From IMG/VR virus record IMGVR_UViG_3300046616_000314, positions 310,001-374,000 of that record: DNA of 64,000 nt. One strand, written 5' to 3'. The stretch's first letter is position 1. Each line of letters begins with the position of its first letter. Below, piece after piece: positions 47,514 to 56,672 of this stretch. The notes beneath the pieces were generated by a model. That model saw only the letters and a program-made list of their open reading frames with translations, made no database searches and was not told where the DNA came from. The position numbers and the translations under genes were made by a program.

Positions 47514-47764
47514 TGGCAAAACTCACCTATCTGTCTTGCGAAGACAGAACCATATATGTCTATTCGAATACTATGCAGTGGTGGACACCGCAAATGATGG
47601 CGTGGATGAACGAACATAAATTCAAACCATACGCTGCACTGTCGCCCAAATATCCCACGACGGGCTCGCGATTTGGCGAGACGATTCCCTATGATGCCGT
47701 TTGTCTTTCGTTTACATTCGAGAACGAAGATCAAATGATGATGTTCAGGATCAAATGGCTATGA
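47513..47764 (+). CDS. FKLKW-family small protein
   Basis: AWMNEH ... FTFENEDQMMMFRIKWL. Confidence 0.8.
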   Translation: MAKLTYLSCEDRTIYVYSNTMQWWTPQMMAWMNEHKFKPYAALSPKYPTTGSRFGETIPYDAVCLSFTFENEDQMMMFRIKWL

Positions 47765-48129
47765 AACCTCCTATGCTTATTGGCATCCATGAATGGCAAA
47801 AATTCTGTGAAGAATATGGCGCCGTTGCGTTGATACCCGATGCTATCTGTTCTTCGCAATTCATCATGCGTCGGGAATTGACGAGAATTTCCAACAGTAC
47901 AAATTTCAAACATTTTGTAACTCTGGGTCCAACGATCAATCATGGTCGCTATGAAATGTTTGATATTTTTCAAACGTGGCGACCCGAGGGACCATGGGCA
48001 TATGTTCAAACGCCCGATTATGATCCCGTTACAAATAAATCGTCAACTGTGTTCAGATTGTACTTTACATCTGAGGAAGATGCTGTAGTATTCAAGATGA
48101 AATTTTCATCTTATAATTACGGGATTTGA
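47761..48129 (+). CDS. FKLKW-family protein
   Basis: LYFTSEEDAVVFKMKFS. Confidence 0.75.
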   Translation: MKPPMLIGIHEWQKFCEEYGAVALIPDAICSSQFIMRRELTRISNSTNFKHFVTLGPTINHGRYEMFDIFQTWRPEGPWAYVQTPDYDPVTNKSSTVFRLYFTSEEDAVVFKMKFSSYNYGI

Positions 48130-48521
48130 TCATGCTGTATAAGACTCGTTGGGGTACCCATATCGATCTGTCGAAGATCGTGGCGATCACTGCCGAAACG
48201 ACCTACAAGTCGGTCTCTGTCACGGCACAACTACTCAACGAACCGATGAAGTTCCATCTGCAACATGCAGCGGACAATCAATACGGCGAAGACTGCGACA
48301 AGCGTGCCCAAGCTCTTGCCGCCGAAGGCAAGGACAAAAATGAAGCCTACGCCAACTACGCCGTTGGATGCGATGCGCTTCGCATCGAATGGGTCAACGA
48401 CCTGATGCAAGCCTGGACCGACTACAAGGCTTCGCGCGCCGCTCGACTCGACGCTTTGCTGACCCGCCTGGACGGCTCGTCGGACAAGGACGCCGTTGCC
48501 CTCATCAACGCTCTGTCGTAA
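48126..48521 (+). CDS. hypothetical protein
   Basis: Operon ORF, GC-rich codons. Confidence 0.6.
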   Translation: MIMLYKTRWGTHIDLSKIVAITAETTYKSVSVTAQLLNEPMKFHLQHAADNQYGEDCDKRAQALAAEGKDKNEAYANYAVGCDALRIEWVNDLMQAWTDYKASRAARLDALLTRLDGSSDKDAVALINALS

Positions 48522-48531
48522 GGTTCAAATC

Positions 48532-48714
48532 ATGATCGGCATCGTTGACACGCTCGCTACCCTGAAGAAGTTCAGTGACAAGCTTGTTGCTGAACGTATC
48601 GCCGAAGCTCGCGCCCAAATGCCCGAGTGGATGGCGGCTTCGTTCTCTGACCAAGATGTCGAGAACTGGATCACCGAACAACGCCTGCGCGCGGCTGTCG
48701 TCGCCACGGCGTAA
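48532..48714 (+). CDS. hypothetical protein
   Basis: AAGG RBS. Confidence 0.5.
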   Translation: MIGIVDTLATLKKFSDKLVAERIAEARAQMPEWMAASFSDQDVENWITEQRLRAAVVATA

Positions 48715-48974
48715 TGTCTACTGTGGAAATCATAACGACCGATGCGGGTCCGAATGATTGCTTGGTTTACACGACCAAGGTTCATATCGATACCACCAGG
48801 GACAAAGTGTATGTCCCTGGCGCGAATCAGTTGATTCCAGAAATATATGACTTCCTAAATGCGCGTGGCTGTCGTAGTTGGTCGCATCAAAGTAACGGTA
48901 CTTTTGAAGTACGTTTCGTCTTCTACAATATGCAAGAAGATGATCTAGTCATGTTCAAACTAAAATTCATTTGA
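48714..48974 (+). CDS. FKLKW-family small protein
   Basis: EIYDFLNARG ... QEDDLVMFKLKFI. Confidence 0.75.
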   Translation: MSTVEIITTDAGPNDCLVYTTKVHIDTTRDKVYVPGANQLIPEIYDFLNARGCRSWSHQSNGTFEVRFVFYNMQEDDLVMFKLKFI

Positions 48975-49027
48975 CAGAATAAAACTCTGTGGTAGCTTAT
49001 GTATATAAGCACTTCGGAGATTCTTTG

Positions 49028-49180
49028 ATGTCTAAGCAAACGCAAGAGAGCTACGTTGGTCCGCGTCCTGCGGGTCCGCAAGCGCAAGCGTATTGGATTC
49101 AGATTACCGAAGCGCGTTGTAAGGCGGCGTGGTACTCCAAGTACCGCACCTATCGTCAACTCGTGAAGCGGGGCGTCTGA
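49028..49180 (+). CDS. hypothetical small protein
   Basis: GGAG RBS; TTGACA promoter upstream. Confidence 0.5.
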   Translation: MSKQTQESYVGPRPAGPQAQAYWIQITEARCKAAWYSKYRTYRQLVKRGV

Positions 49181-49182
49181 TC

Positions 49183-49452
49183 ATGGAAACCAAGCGTTAC
49201 AGGGCGTTCAAGACTGCGGGTCAATCCCTGGCGGCTCTGAACCGGGCTATGCTCAAGGGCGAAATCCCCTCGGACAATGCCGAACACAAGCGTCTGACTG
49301 ATGAGCATATCGCGTACGTCGGTTCGTTTGAATACGCGCTGTTGCTCTGCTATGAGCAAATCCAGCGCGGTAATCCGTGGGGCGTGATGACGACTCTCGG
49401 TTGGCATATCGAACAACGTTTTATCGCCCTTTGTGATGCGGTGAGGAAGTAA
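49183..49452 (+). CDS. hypothetical protein
   Basis: Operon ORF. Confidence 0.55.
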   Translation: METKRYRAFKTAGQSLAALNRAMLKGEIPSDNAEHKRLTDEHIAYVGSFEYALLLCYEQIQRGNPWGVMTTLGWHIEQRFIALCDAVRK

Positions 49453-49455
49453 GCC

Positions 49456-50322
49456 ATGACCGTCAACATCACCGTCATCGACAAGGACTTTGACTGGTCC
49501 AAGGCTCCCGAGCGTGTGGGCGGAAGCGTGAATTCGTGGTATCAGGATGATCGGAGGTTTTTCGAGAATCCTAAGAGCTTGGCGAAAGCCAAGGCTGTTC
49601 TTGAAGCACGCGGCTTGGACTTCGACATTTTCATCACTCCCGGTAAGCCGCTGGGTAACGGTGATATGGCTAAGATTGGCATCAAGCCGACTGCTGGGCG
49701 GACGACCATTGTCTTCACCAACAACGTGTCGCAGCCGTGGAATTGGAAGCCGCTGAACGCCTGGATCATCTGTCACCGTCTGGGGCATGTCTTCCAAGGC
49801 GGGACGACGGCTAATGGAATGCCGCATCGGGATCGGTCGGCGTTGCAGGCTATGGATTCTGGCATCCTGAATGCGATTGCTGGCTTGTGGAATGCTGGAA
49901 CTGTTTCCAACGGTGGTATGTGCCAGTATACTAAGCACACCAGCAATCTATCATCCATGGGTGCTAGTGATGATCTCATGGTGTTCTCGAATTTTATCTT
50001 CACGATGAAGAGTGCTCGCGAACACGCCATCGCTAACCCGCTGGACATTACGGCGGAATTGTTGGCGCAATTCCTCATCACCGGTTCCGTTAAGTTCAAA
50101 CGTTTCGAGGAATGGAATTTCCCCACGAAATTCGAAGTCGATGATCGGGAACTGATTGATAAAATTCGTCGTCCACCCCGTAGGCGCATGATGAGTGCCA
50201 TGGCGAATCCCGATGCCAACGTTGACGAAATGAACCGGTTGATATCCGCCACTGAGCAACGTATAAACGAAATTATTCCGCCTGCGATGGAGAGCATCAA
50301 GGGCGGCGTCTACCTCTTCTAA
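49456..50322 (+). CDS. hypothetical protein with zincin-like HRLGH motif
   Basis: WIICHRLGH ... AELLAQF. Confidence 0.7.
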   Translation: MTVNITVIDKDFDWSKAPERVGGSVNSWYQDDRRFFENPKSLAKAKAVLEARGLDFDIFITPGKPLGNGDMAKIGIKPTAGRTTIVFTNNVSQPWNWKPLNAWIICHRLGHVFQGGTTANGMPHRDRSALQAMDSGILNAIAGLWNAGTVSNGGMCQYTKHTSNLSSMGASDDLMVFSNFIFTMKSAREHAIANPLDITAELLAQFLITGSVKFKRFEEWNFPTKFEVDDRELIDKIRRPPRRRMMSAMANPDANVDEMNRLISATEQRINEIIPPAMESIKGGVYLF

Positions 50323-50334
50323 AGTGAGTGCGTC

Positions 50335-51075
50335 ATGCAACCCCTGTTCAACGTCAACGGTCTAATGTTCTGGAATGCGAAGCAGATCAAGCTTCGTAAT
50401 ACATTTAAAGAATATTTCGCTGACGGAATGCAAGCCGCACTGATCGCAGCTAACCCGGCTTGGCGTTTCGAGGAAATCGAGGCGCCGTTGCTGACCCCGC
50501 GTGATCTTCTGAACGTGAACTACACCGAAGAAGACATCTGGGTTCAAGGTGGCGAGGAAGCCCGTGAATTGGCTCTACGCCCCGAAACGACCCCTGGCAG
50601 CTACGTCTATGCCCAAAGCCTGTTAAACGGTCACACGGGCTTTAAACCGCCTCTGGTGGTGTGGCAGGCGGGTAAGTCGTTCCGGCGGGAGCAAGATCAA
50701 GTCACCAAGAACATGCGTCTCAAGGAATTCTATCAACAAGAATTCCAATGCATCTTCACGGCTGACACCCTGAACGATTATCACTCGTACATCCTTGAGC
50801 CCGTGCGCAAGATGATTGGCGACATGATCGGTCTGCCGACTCGTCTGGTGGAATCGGATCGTCTGCCGTCTTACAGTAAGATCACCATGGATGTCGAAGT
50901 TGATAACGGCGACAAGTGGATGGAAGTGTGCAGCATTTCTCTTCGCACGGACTTCCCTGACAAGGCTCGCTTTGCGGGCAAGGGTAGCGTGCAAATTGAA
51001 AAAGATTTGCTGGTACTTGAAGTCGCGATTGGTCTGGATCGCTGCGTTTACAATTGGGAGCAAGCTCACAAATGA
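50335..51075 (+). CDS. class II aminoacyl-tRNA synthetase catalytic core (GlyRS-like), no anticodon domain
   Basis: LRPETT.G, QAGKSFRRE, MRLKEFYQQEFQ (motif 2), EVCSIS.R.DF, EVAIGLDR (motif 3). Confidence 0.85.
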   Translation: MQPLFNVNGLMFWNAKQIKLRNTFKEYFADGMQAALIAANPAWRFEEIEAPLLTPRDLLNVNYTEEDIWVQGGEEARELALRPETTPGSYVYAQSLLNGHTGFKPPLVVWQAGKSFRREQDQVTKNMRLKEFYQQEFQCIFTADTLNDYHSYILEPVRKMIGDMIGLPTRLVESDRLPSYSKITMDVEVDNGDKWMEVCSISLRTDFPDKARFAGKGSVQIEKDLLVLEVAIGLDRCVYNWEQAHK

Positions 51076-51446
51076 GTAAGAGCGATCATATCAAGGATGC
51101 TCTCTGTAATTGGGTAAAGGCAGCGAGCTATTCGGTTCTTACCAACGTAGTAGACGATTGCGCGCATGACTCTACCGGTAAGCTAGTCCATATTGGGTAC
51201 GCTTATTCGTCGGGTGAGCAAGCATCACATTGGAAGCGTCGTTCCAAGCGGGTTCTTCCCGATGGATCGATTGAGCGCATCTTCGCTTTGCAACACGGCA
51301 TGAAGAAAATCGCACCGGGTATGGTTCTGCGCGTGATTCCCGATCATCTACATACGATTGAACACTCGGATGGGTCAGTCGTCGTTTCTGAGATCGATGA
51401 CAATGCGGCGATGAAAACCCCTGGCTATCGCCATTCTTGGGAATAG
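51072..51446 (+). CDS. hypothetical protein
   Basis: ATGA-coupled ORF. Confidence 0.55.
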   Translation: MSKSDHIKDALCNWVKAASYSVLTNVVDDCAHDSTGKLVHIGYAYSSGEQASHWKRRSKRVLPDGSIERIFALQHGMKKIAPGMVLRVIPDHLHTIEHSDGSVVVSEIDDNAAMKTPGYRHSWE

Positions 51447-51464
51447 TGTTTAACATTGACAATG

Positions 51465-51507
51465 AAAAACTCCGTGCTATACATGAAATATAGTCACGGA
51501 GTTTTTT
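51465..51507 (+). terminator. hairpin overlapping promoter -10 and RBS
   Basis: AAAAACTCCGTG...CACGGAGTTTTT. Confidence 0.6.
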
Positions 51508-51508
51508 A

Positions 51509-51757
51509 ATGTCTAATGACCTGAAGAAATATGATCGTGTGCGAATTTTGCATGGTTCGCAGACCTTTCACGGTCAGGTCGATAGCATTCGCAAGGGCTA
51601 TTCCAGCCAGTACGCCGATGATCGGCACTACACCGAAGATCGCCTTCTGATTTCCTTCATGCATGACGGGCAGAAGCGTTTCTTCTATCGGAACGATTTC
51701 TACGAGACTGAAGCGGGCTTGGAAGTTCTCTTCGAAAACGCTCTCAATACGATCTAA
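51509..51757 (+). CDS. hypothetical protein
   Basis: GGAG RBS; TTGACA at 51456. Confidence 0.6.
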   Translation: MSNDLKKYDRVRILHGSQTFHGQVDSIRKGYSSQYADDRHYTEDRLLISFMHDGQKRFFYRNDFYETEAGLEVLFENALNTI

Positions 51758-52167
51758 ATAAATTTCAGCGAAAAGAATACTGCGCTATCGTGGTCAAAGA
51801 AACTGACCCGATAGTGCATTAACACGTCTCCGTTTTGGGAATGTTCCCGAATCAAACGGATCGACCATTTTCCCGTAATATTTTCATTCGCAACGATTTC
51901 GTCAGCGATCTTGACGAAAGTATCCGCGAGTTTGAGCGACGAGTTTTCGATCTTGACTTGAACAACATTGCGGCATTCGCCATGCTGAAAATTAGCAAAC
52001 CGTTCACTTCTTAGATTCTTATCATCCCAGGTGATGGATGGATGTTCAAGTCTAAAATAGCTGATAGAGGTTGAATCCGTATGTGGGATTACAAACGCTA
52101 GACCTACGCCGTCACGTCGAAGTGATCCAGATGCAATACTCTTGAAAGTTTCAGAAGCTATACTCAT
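51754..52167 (-). CDS. FKLKW-family protein
   Basis: GKW ... VSFFDHDSAVFFSLKFI. Confidence 0.65.
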   Translation of the reverse strand: MSIASETFKSIASGSLRRDGVGLAFVIPHTDSTSISYFRLEHPSITWDDKNLRSERFANFQHGECRNVVQVKIENSSLKLADTFVKIADEIVANENITGKWSIRLIREHSQNGDVLMHYRVSFFDHDSAVFFSLKFI

Positions 52168-52249
52168 ACTCTAATTTAACACATAATTACTCTTGACGAA
52201 TATTAAAAGCGTGGTACTTTACATTATTCTTTGATGTTTAGGACCCCAC

Positions 52250-52765
52250 ATGGCTAAGATCACCATCAAGACCCGAAGCAAGTACGATTCCATTAAGGAA
52301 GTGCTTCGGGATGGTGTGTTGGTTGCCGAATTCGCGTGGTCGCGTCAAAAGGTCCGTTGCATCGGTCGCCCTGATGAAATCCAATGCAAGGGCACGCTCT
52401 ACGACATCAAGACGGCTACGCATTCGAGCCTGAATGGCTTTGCTTGGTTTAGCGATGTCGTCAAGCATATCAACTCCATCTACGACAACCCTGACAAAGT
52501 GAAGTTCACGTTCGTTGGAAATGATTATAGCCGTCGCGAAGGTCGCCGCGACTATAGCCCGGTTTGGAAAGCTATCGGTCTGCATGGCTGGGGTAAGCTT
52601 GAAGGCGAAGTGGGTGAATGGTGCATCCAAAATTTTGGATACGCCCCGGAAACCCGTCCAGATGCGGCAAATACAAATAGGCTTCAGCGCGGCGCCGCCT
52701 TCAACTATATCTTCATCTTCCGTTGCGATGACGATTTTGTCGCGTTTAAGATGCGGTGGCTCTGA
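52250..52765 (+). CDS. FKLKW-family domain fused to unrelated N-terminal region
   Basis: EWCIQNFGY.P ... RCDDDFVAFKMRWL; AGGA RBS; TTGACG promoter at 52193. Confidence 0.8.
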   Translation: MAKITIKTRSKYDSIKEVLRDGVLVAEFAWSRQKVRCIGRPDEIQCKGTLYDIKTATHSSLNGFAWFSDVVKHINSIYDNPDKVKFTFVGNDYSRREGRRDYSPVWKAIGLHGWGKLEGEVGEWCIQNFGYAPETRPDAANTNRLQRGAAFNYIFIFRCDDDFVAFKMRWL

Positions 52766-53016
52766 TGGCGACGATCACGGCTCCCATATCTCGCTGTCTT
52801 GACGCGGTATATAAAAGCGTCGGTTGGAACGCCGTATTACCAGATACGGTGGTTGGTCTATGGTGCGTTCAACATTTGGGTTATCTTCCGAGTGTTCAAT
52901 ACAATTCGGGTTTCCCTTCCGAAAAGAATTGGCAATGCCACGCTGAAATGTTTGTTGAGTTTCGCAGCGAAGATGATGCCGTTGTCTTCAAAATGAAGTG
53001 GAGCGGGCGAGGATGA
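52765..53016 (+). CDS. FKLKW-family small protein
   Basis: WCVQHLGYLP ... RSEDDAVVFKMKWS. Confidence 0.8.
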   Translation: MATITAPISRCLDAVYKSVGWNAVLPDTVVGLWCVQHLGYLPSVQYNSGFPSEKNWQCHAEMFVEFRSEDDAVVFKMKWSGRG

Positions 53017-53240
53017 CCATGCTCTACATTCCCTATGACGACACGCACCCGGTGTACAATTCGATCCATTCGGTGATCGGAGGTTTCGCCATGAGATCGA
53101 CTGGACCTGTCGCCGAGTGGTGCATGAAAAACATCGGCTATCGTCCCTGGATTTATGCCAGGGGCGGACGCGATTACGGTTTCGAGATCGAGTTTCGTAA
53201 TGACACGGCGGCTGCACTCTTCAAGGTGAAGTGGCTATGA
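53013..53240 (+). CDS. FKLKW-family small protein
   Basis: WCMKNIGYRP ... AALFKVKWL. Confidence 0.8.
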   Translation: MTMLYIPYDDTHPVYNSIHSVIGGFAMRSTGPVAEWCMKNIGYRPWIYARGGRDYGFEIEFRNDTAAALFKVKWL

Positions 53241-53464
53241 AAATGTTTATTTCCTATGCCGATGCTAAGCGTCATGATTTCTATAATCAAATGGCGGCTA
53301 GGGGTGGCTTGCATTTCATTTTTCTATCGCCGTTGTGGATATGGTGCAATGAAGTTCTAGATTACCAACCATTCATCAGTCTTCGGGTTGGTATTGATTC
53401 TGGTTTGGATGTAGAATTCCAGACGGACGAAGATGCGCTATTGTTCAGGATGAAATGGCTATGA
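53237..53464 (+). CDS. FKLKW-family small protein
   Basis: WCNEVLDYQP ... TDEDALLFRMKWL. Confidence 0.8.
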   Translation: MKMFISYADAKRHDFYNQMAARGGLHFIFLSPLWIWCNEVLDYQPFISLRVGIDSGLDVEFQTDEDALLFRMKWL

Positions 53465-53661
53465 TAACACTCACCGTTTCTCGTGAAAAATATGTCAAAG
53501 TCGAAGGCTGGTACGTCAAGCCATATAAGGGTGATTACTTTTATGTTTGGTGTATTGAAAATCTAGGGTATTATCCAAAGACTTCGGCGTTCCTTGATTC
53601 AGTATCCGTTAGTTTCAAAACCGAGGAAGATGCAGGGGTGTTCACAATAAAATGGCTATGA
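53461..53661 (+). CDS. FKLKW-family small protein
   Basis: GWY ... WCIENLGYYP ... EEDAGVFTIKWL. Confidence 0.8.
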   Translation: MITLTVSREKYVKVEGWYVKPYKGDYFYVWCIENLGYYPKTSAFLDSVSVSFKTEEDAGVFTIKWL

Positions 53662-53867
53662 TGGTAGTAACGAAAGTTTCGATGACCGAAGCGCAGTATA
53701 CGAAGTTGCTCGCACTTGACGAGAACTGCCGGAATGCGTGCGTCGATTGGTTTCACGATTCGTTGGGCTATCGTCCTTACACACATAGCGAATGGGGTAG
53801 CCACATTTTCGAAATGACGTTCCTGTCTGAAGAAGATGCGGCATTGTTCAAGATAAAGTTTCTCTGA
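53658..53867 (+). CDS. FKLKW-family small protein
   Basis: WFHDSLGYRP ... EEDAALFKIKFL. Confidence 0.8.
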   Translation: MMVVTKVSMTEAQYTKLLALDENCRNACVDWFHDSLGYRPYTHSEWGSHIFEMTFLSEEDAALFKIKFL

Positions 53868-54463
53868 TGTTGACCTATTATCGTGATCCCATGACGTACA
53901 ACGTCATCTGGTGCCATGAAATCCCCTCGTGCGTGCTTGGGGAAACGCGGGATGTTATCGATATTCAAGTGTTCTTCAATGGACGGTTGGTTCATACCAC
54001 TCGTACTCAAGTCAAAAGCTTGAGACGCGCGCAGGCTCAAAAATTCTTTGAAGTTCGCGTGGCTCCGCTTATGTCGGACATCGGTACGCCGTTGACGAAG
54101 CGTATCAGCGATATCGAAGGCTATAACGACCGCGATTGGATCAACCGGGCACGGACCTTCCGCTATTTCGTCCATGTCGTTGCCTGGAACGAAACGGTCA
54201 TCAAGGAAGAATTCAAGGTCTGGAAATACGGTGTGTTCCTGCCGATCCACGTGCGCGACACGGAAATCCGTTCGAAGGAAATGGCGGTGATGAACGAGTA
54301 CGTCGCAGCCCAGTTCCAAAAAGATGCGGCTGTCGGCTTCACGATCACACAATTTGGTCACACCGAAAATAAAACCGTGGTATACCCTTTTGGTTTCATG
54401 AGCGAGGACGATGCCATGCTCATGATGCTGAAATTCAATGGTTTTAAGATGATTAAGTTATGA
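53867..54463 (+). CDS. FKLKW-family domain with N-terminal extension
   Basis: FMSEDDAMLMMLKF. Confidence 0.7.
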   Translation: MLTYYRDPMTYNVIWCHEIPSCVLGETRDVIDIQVFFNGRLVHTTRTQVKSLRRAQAQKFFEVRVAPLMSDIGTPLTKRISDIEGYNDRDWINRARTFRYFVHVVAWNETVIKEEFKVWKYGVFLPIHVRDTEIRSKEMAVMNEYVAAQFQKDAAVGFTITQFGHTENKTVVYPFGFMSEDDAMLMMLKFNGFKMIKL

Positions 54464-54780
54464 CAGATGGTGAGACAGATTTCCCAGTGAAGGCGACCGC
54501 TGATCAGTATTTTCGGATCGGCGGCTGGTATACCAAAAGTGCCATGGCGCCCGAATTGTTGATGGAACATCCAAATATGGATCAACCATTTCTTGTGTGG
54601 TGTCGGGAGGTCTTGGGTTATTATCCGCACACAGTGGACGTGTGGGAACAACAGTACGATATCTGGGAAAAGACACACGCCAATAACAATATCGATGAGG
54701 TTCCGCGTCTTGAAATCGGTTATATCGCGTACATGCGGACGGCTGAAGACGCAGTAGAATTCAAGCTGAAGTGGTTGTGA
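54460..54780 (+). CDS. FKLKW-family small protein
   Basis: GWY ... WCREVLGYYP ... AEDAVEFKLKWL. Confidence 0.8.
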   Translation: MTDGETDFPVKATADQYFRIGGWYTKSAMAPELLMEHPNMDQPFLVWCREVLGYYPHTVDVWEQQYDIWEKTHANNNIDEVPRLEIGYIAYMRTAEDAVEFKLKWL

Positions 54781-55055
54781 TGGAACTTCTCGACTACACC
54801 ACTAAAAATAAACTGACCGCGAGCGAAGACACCTACATGGCTATTGACGGCTGGTTCGTCAATTCCATCTTGGGTGATTCCGATACGTTGGAAGACGAGA
54901 TTTACAACGAAAACAAATTCGTCATCTGGTGCAGAGACCATTTGGGATACTACCCGTATTCGGTGACACGCGGCGAAGACGACAATGAATGTTATGTTGC
55001 GGTCTATTTCAAGAAAAGAGATCACGCCGCTTTGTTCAGACTACGGTGGCTCTGA
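54780..55055 (+). CDS. FKLKW-family small protein
   Basis: GWF ... WCRDHLGYYP ... HAALFRLRWL. Confidence 0.8.
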   Translation: MELLDYTTKNKLTASEDTYMAIDGWFVNSILGDSDTLEDEIYNENKFVIWCRDHLGYYPYSVTRGEDDNECYVAVYFKKRDHAALFRLRWL

Positions 55056-55339
55056 TGGAAATTTTGGACAAGGCAACGCGCCACAAATTGATTGCGCCAT
55101 ATGACAAGTACATGGCAACCGATGGTTGGTTTGCTAAGACAATCATGGTCCCAAGTATGGAAGGTGTCGAACGATACGACGACGCTCTAGGGATTCCTTT
55201 CATCGGGTGGTGTGAACAAGAACTGGGTTACTATCCGTACACAAAACTAATTTCCGCACGCGCGACCAATTTTCAACACATGGTGGTCTATTTTAAAAAA
55301 GCCGAACACGCTGCCATATTCAAATTAAAATGGTGCTAG
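55055..55339 (+). CDS. FKLKW-family small protein
   Basis: GWF ... WCEQELGYYP ... HAAIFKLKWC. Confidence 0.8.
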   Translation: MEILDKATRHKLIAPYDKYMATDGWFAKTIMVPSMEGVERYDDALGIPFIGWCEQELGYYPYTKLISARATNFQHMVVYFKKAEHAAIFKLKWC

Positions 55340-55621
55340 ATGGATATCATGCTCCATCAAACGCCGCATAGTGTTGACGTATCAACATCACAGTACGTTC
55401 AAACGTCTGGTTGGTATGTGACCACGTGTTTCAAGCATTGTGGCTATGACGTGTTCCATAATCCTATATATGCAGAACTTAATTCGTATGAATTTGTCAA
55501 ATGGTGCAAAGAAAAACTTGGCTACTATCCTCTCTCCGAAGATTCAAAGACGGAAGAGGTCATAACCACGTATTTCAAAACTGCCGCCGACTTACTTCAT
55601 TTTCGGTTGAAATGGCTATGA
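55340..55621 (+). CDS. FKLKW-family small protein
   Basis: GWY ... WCKEKLGYYP ... DLLHFRLKWL. Confidence 0.8.
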   Translation: MDIMLHQTPHSVDVSTSQYVQTSGWYVTTCFKHCGYDVFHNPIYAELNSYEFVKWCKEKLGYYPLSEDSKTEEVITTYFKTAADLLHFRLKWL

Positions 55622-55908
55622 CATTTCCACAAGATCGCCACGTCGATTTGTACGATCCTGCAATCTATACGCATTCAATGTTCTTGACGAACCGCGAGTA
55701 TGAGAGTGTGGAGGGATGGTTCCGCGATCCCGAAGACGCTAGCTATGAGTTTTATGAATGGTGCGTCAGCACCTTGGGGTATTATCCCATCGTCACGCAT
55801 GATTATCTGTCACCCGCGAGAAGGCTACGGGCTTCGGGGGTTAAGAGCACGTGCGGAAATTTTAAAAGTGAAGAAGATGCCATTCTGTTTAGGCTGAAAT
55901 GGCTATGA
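55618..55908 (+). CDS. FKLKW-family small protein
   Basis: GWF ... WCVSTLGYYP ... EEDAILFRLKWL. Confidence 0.8.
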   Translation: MTFPQDRHVDLYDPAIYTHSMFLTNREYESVEGWFRDPEDASYEFYEWCVSTLGYYPIVTHDYLSPARRLRASGVKSTCGNFKSEEDAILFRLKWL

Positions 55909-56183
55909 AAAAAACCAACAGCATGTCTTCCACGGTATTAGGCAACGATGTCGTGTATTTTGAGACACCGGGTTGGTACACCGAATGCGACCTTGCGTCG
56001 TATTCAGAAGAAAATAATATGAAACGCTATTACCACGTGATCGACACCAAGTATGAATACGTGCGTTGGTGTCTCGACCACCTTGGCTACTATCCAACTA
56101 CTCGTCTGAGCGATACCAACGAATTCATCATCTATTTGGATAGTGATGAAGACGCTACTCTATTCAAGTTGAAATGGTTATGA
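55905..56183 (+). CDS. FKLKW-family small protein
   Basis: GWY ... WCLDHLGYYP ... DEDATLFKLKWL. Confidence 0.8.
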   Translation: MKKTNSMSSTVLGNDVVYFETPGWYTECDLASYSEENNMKRYYHVIDTKYEYVRWCLDHLGYYPTTRLSDTNEFIIYLDSDEDATLFKLKWL

Positions 56184-56449
56184 AATATATTCAGCTACGC
56201 AAACCTACCAAGCATTGTCTTACGGCAAAATACCATCAGTACATTTTGACTGATGGATGGTTCACGTACGAAATTGCCATAGATGTCGGGCGCGAGCACG
56301 CTGAGCTTCATCCCTTTGTACAATGGTGCTTTGTTAATCTAGGGTACTATCCGTATTCTGAAGACTCCCGCGCGCATGTCGAAGATTTGATAAACATCTA
56401 TTTTCGATCCCAAGCCGACGCCGCTATGTTCAAGATGAAGTGGCTCTAG
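56180..56449 (+). CDS. FKLKW-family small protein
   Basis: GWF ... WCFVNLGYYP ... ADAAMFKMKWL. Confidence 0.8.
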   Translation: MKYIQLRKPTKHCLTAKYHQYILTDGWFTYEIAIDVGREHAELHPFVQWCFVNLGYYPYSEDSRAHVEDLINIYFRSQADAAMFKMKWL

Positions 56450-56450
56450 A

Positions 56451-56672
56451 ATGGGCTACATCATGACCATCCCGCGCCTAGAATACGAAGACGTTCCCGG
56501 CTGGTACGTCAATCCTAATTTGCTTGTGGGCGAATATCGGGAATGGTGTGATCTTCATCTTGGTTATTATCCGTTCACCGAACATAGTGATATTGGTGAC
56601 GTGGATGGAAAAACGTACGTCATGTTTGAGTCTGAAGAAGATTCACTTTTGTTCAAGTTGAAATGGTTATGA
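56451..56672 (+). CDS. FKLKW-family small protein
   Basis: GWY ... WCDLHLGYYP ... EEDSLLFKLKWL. Confidence 0.8.
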   Translation: MGYIMTIPRLEYEDVPGWYVNPNLLVGEYREWCDLHLGYYPFTEHSDIGDVDGKTYVMFESEEDSLLFKLKWL

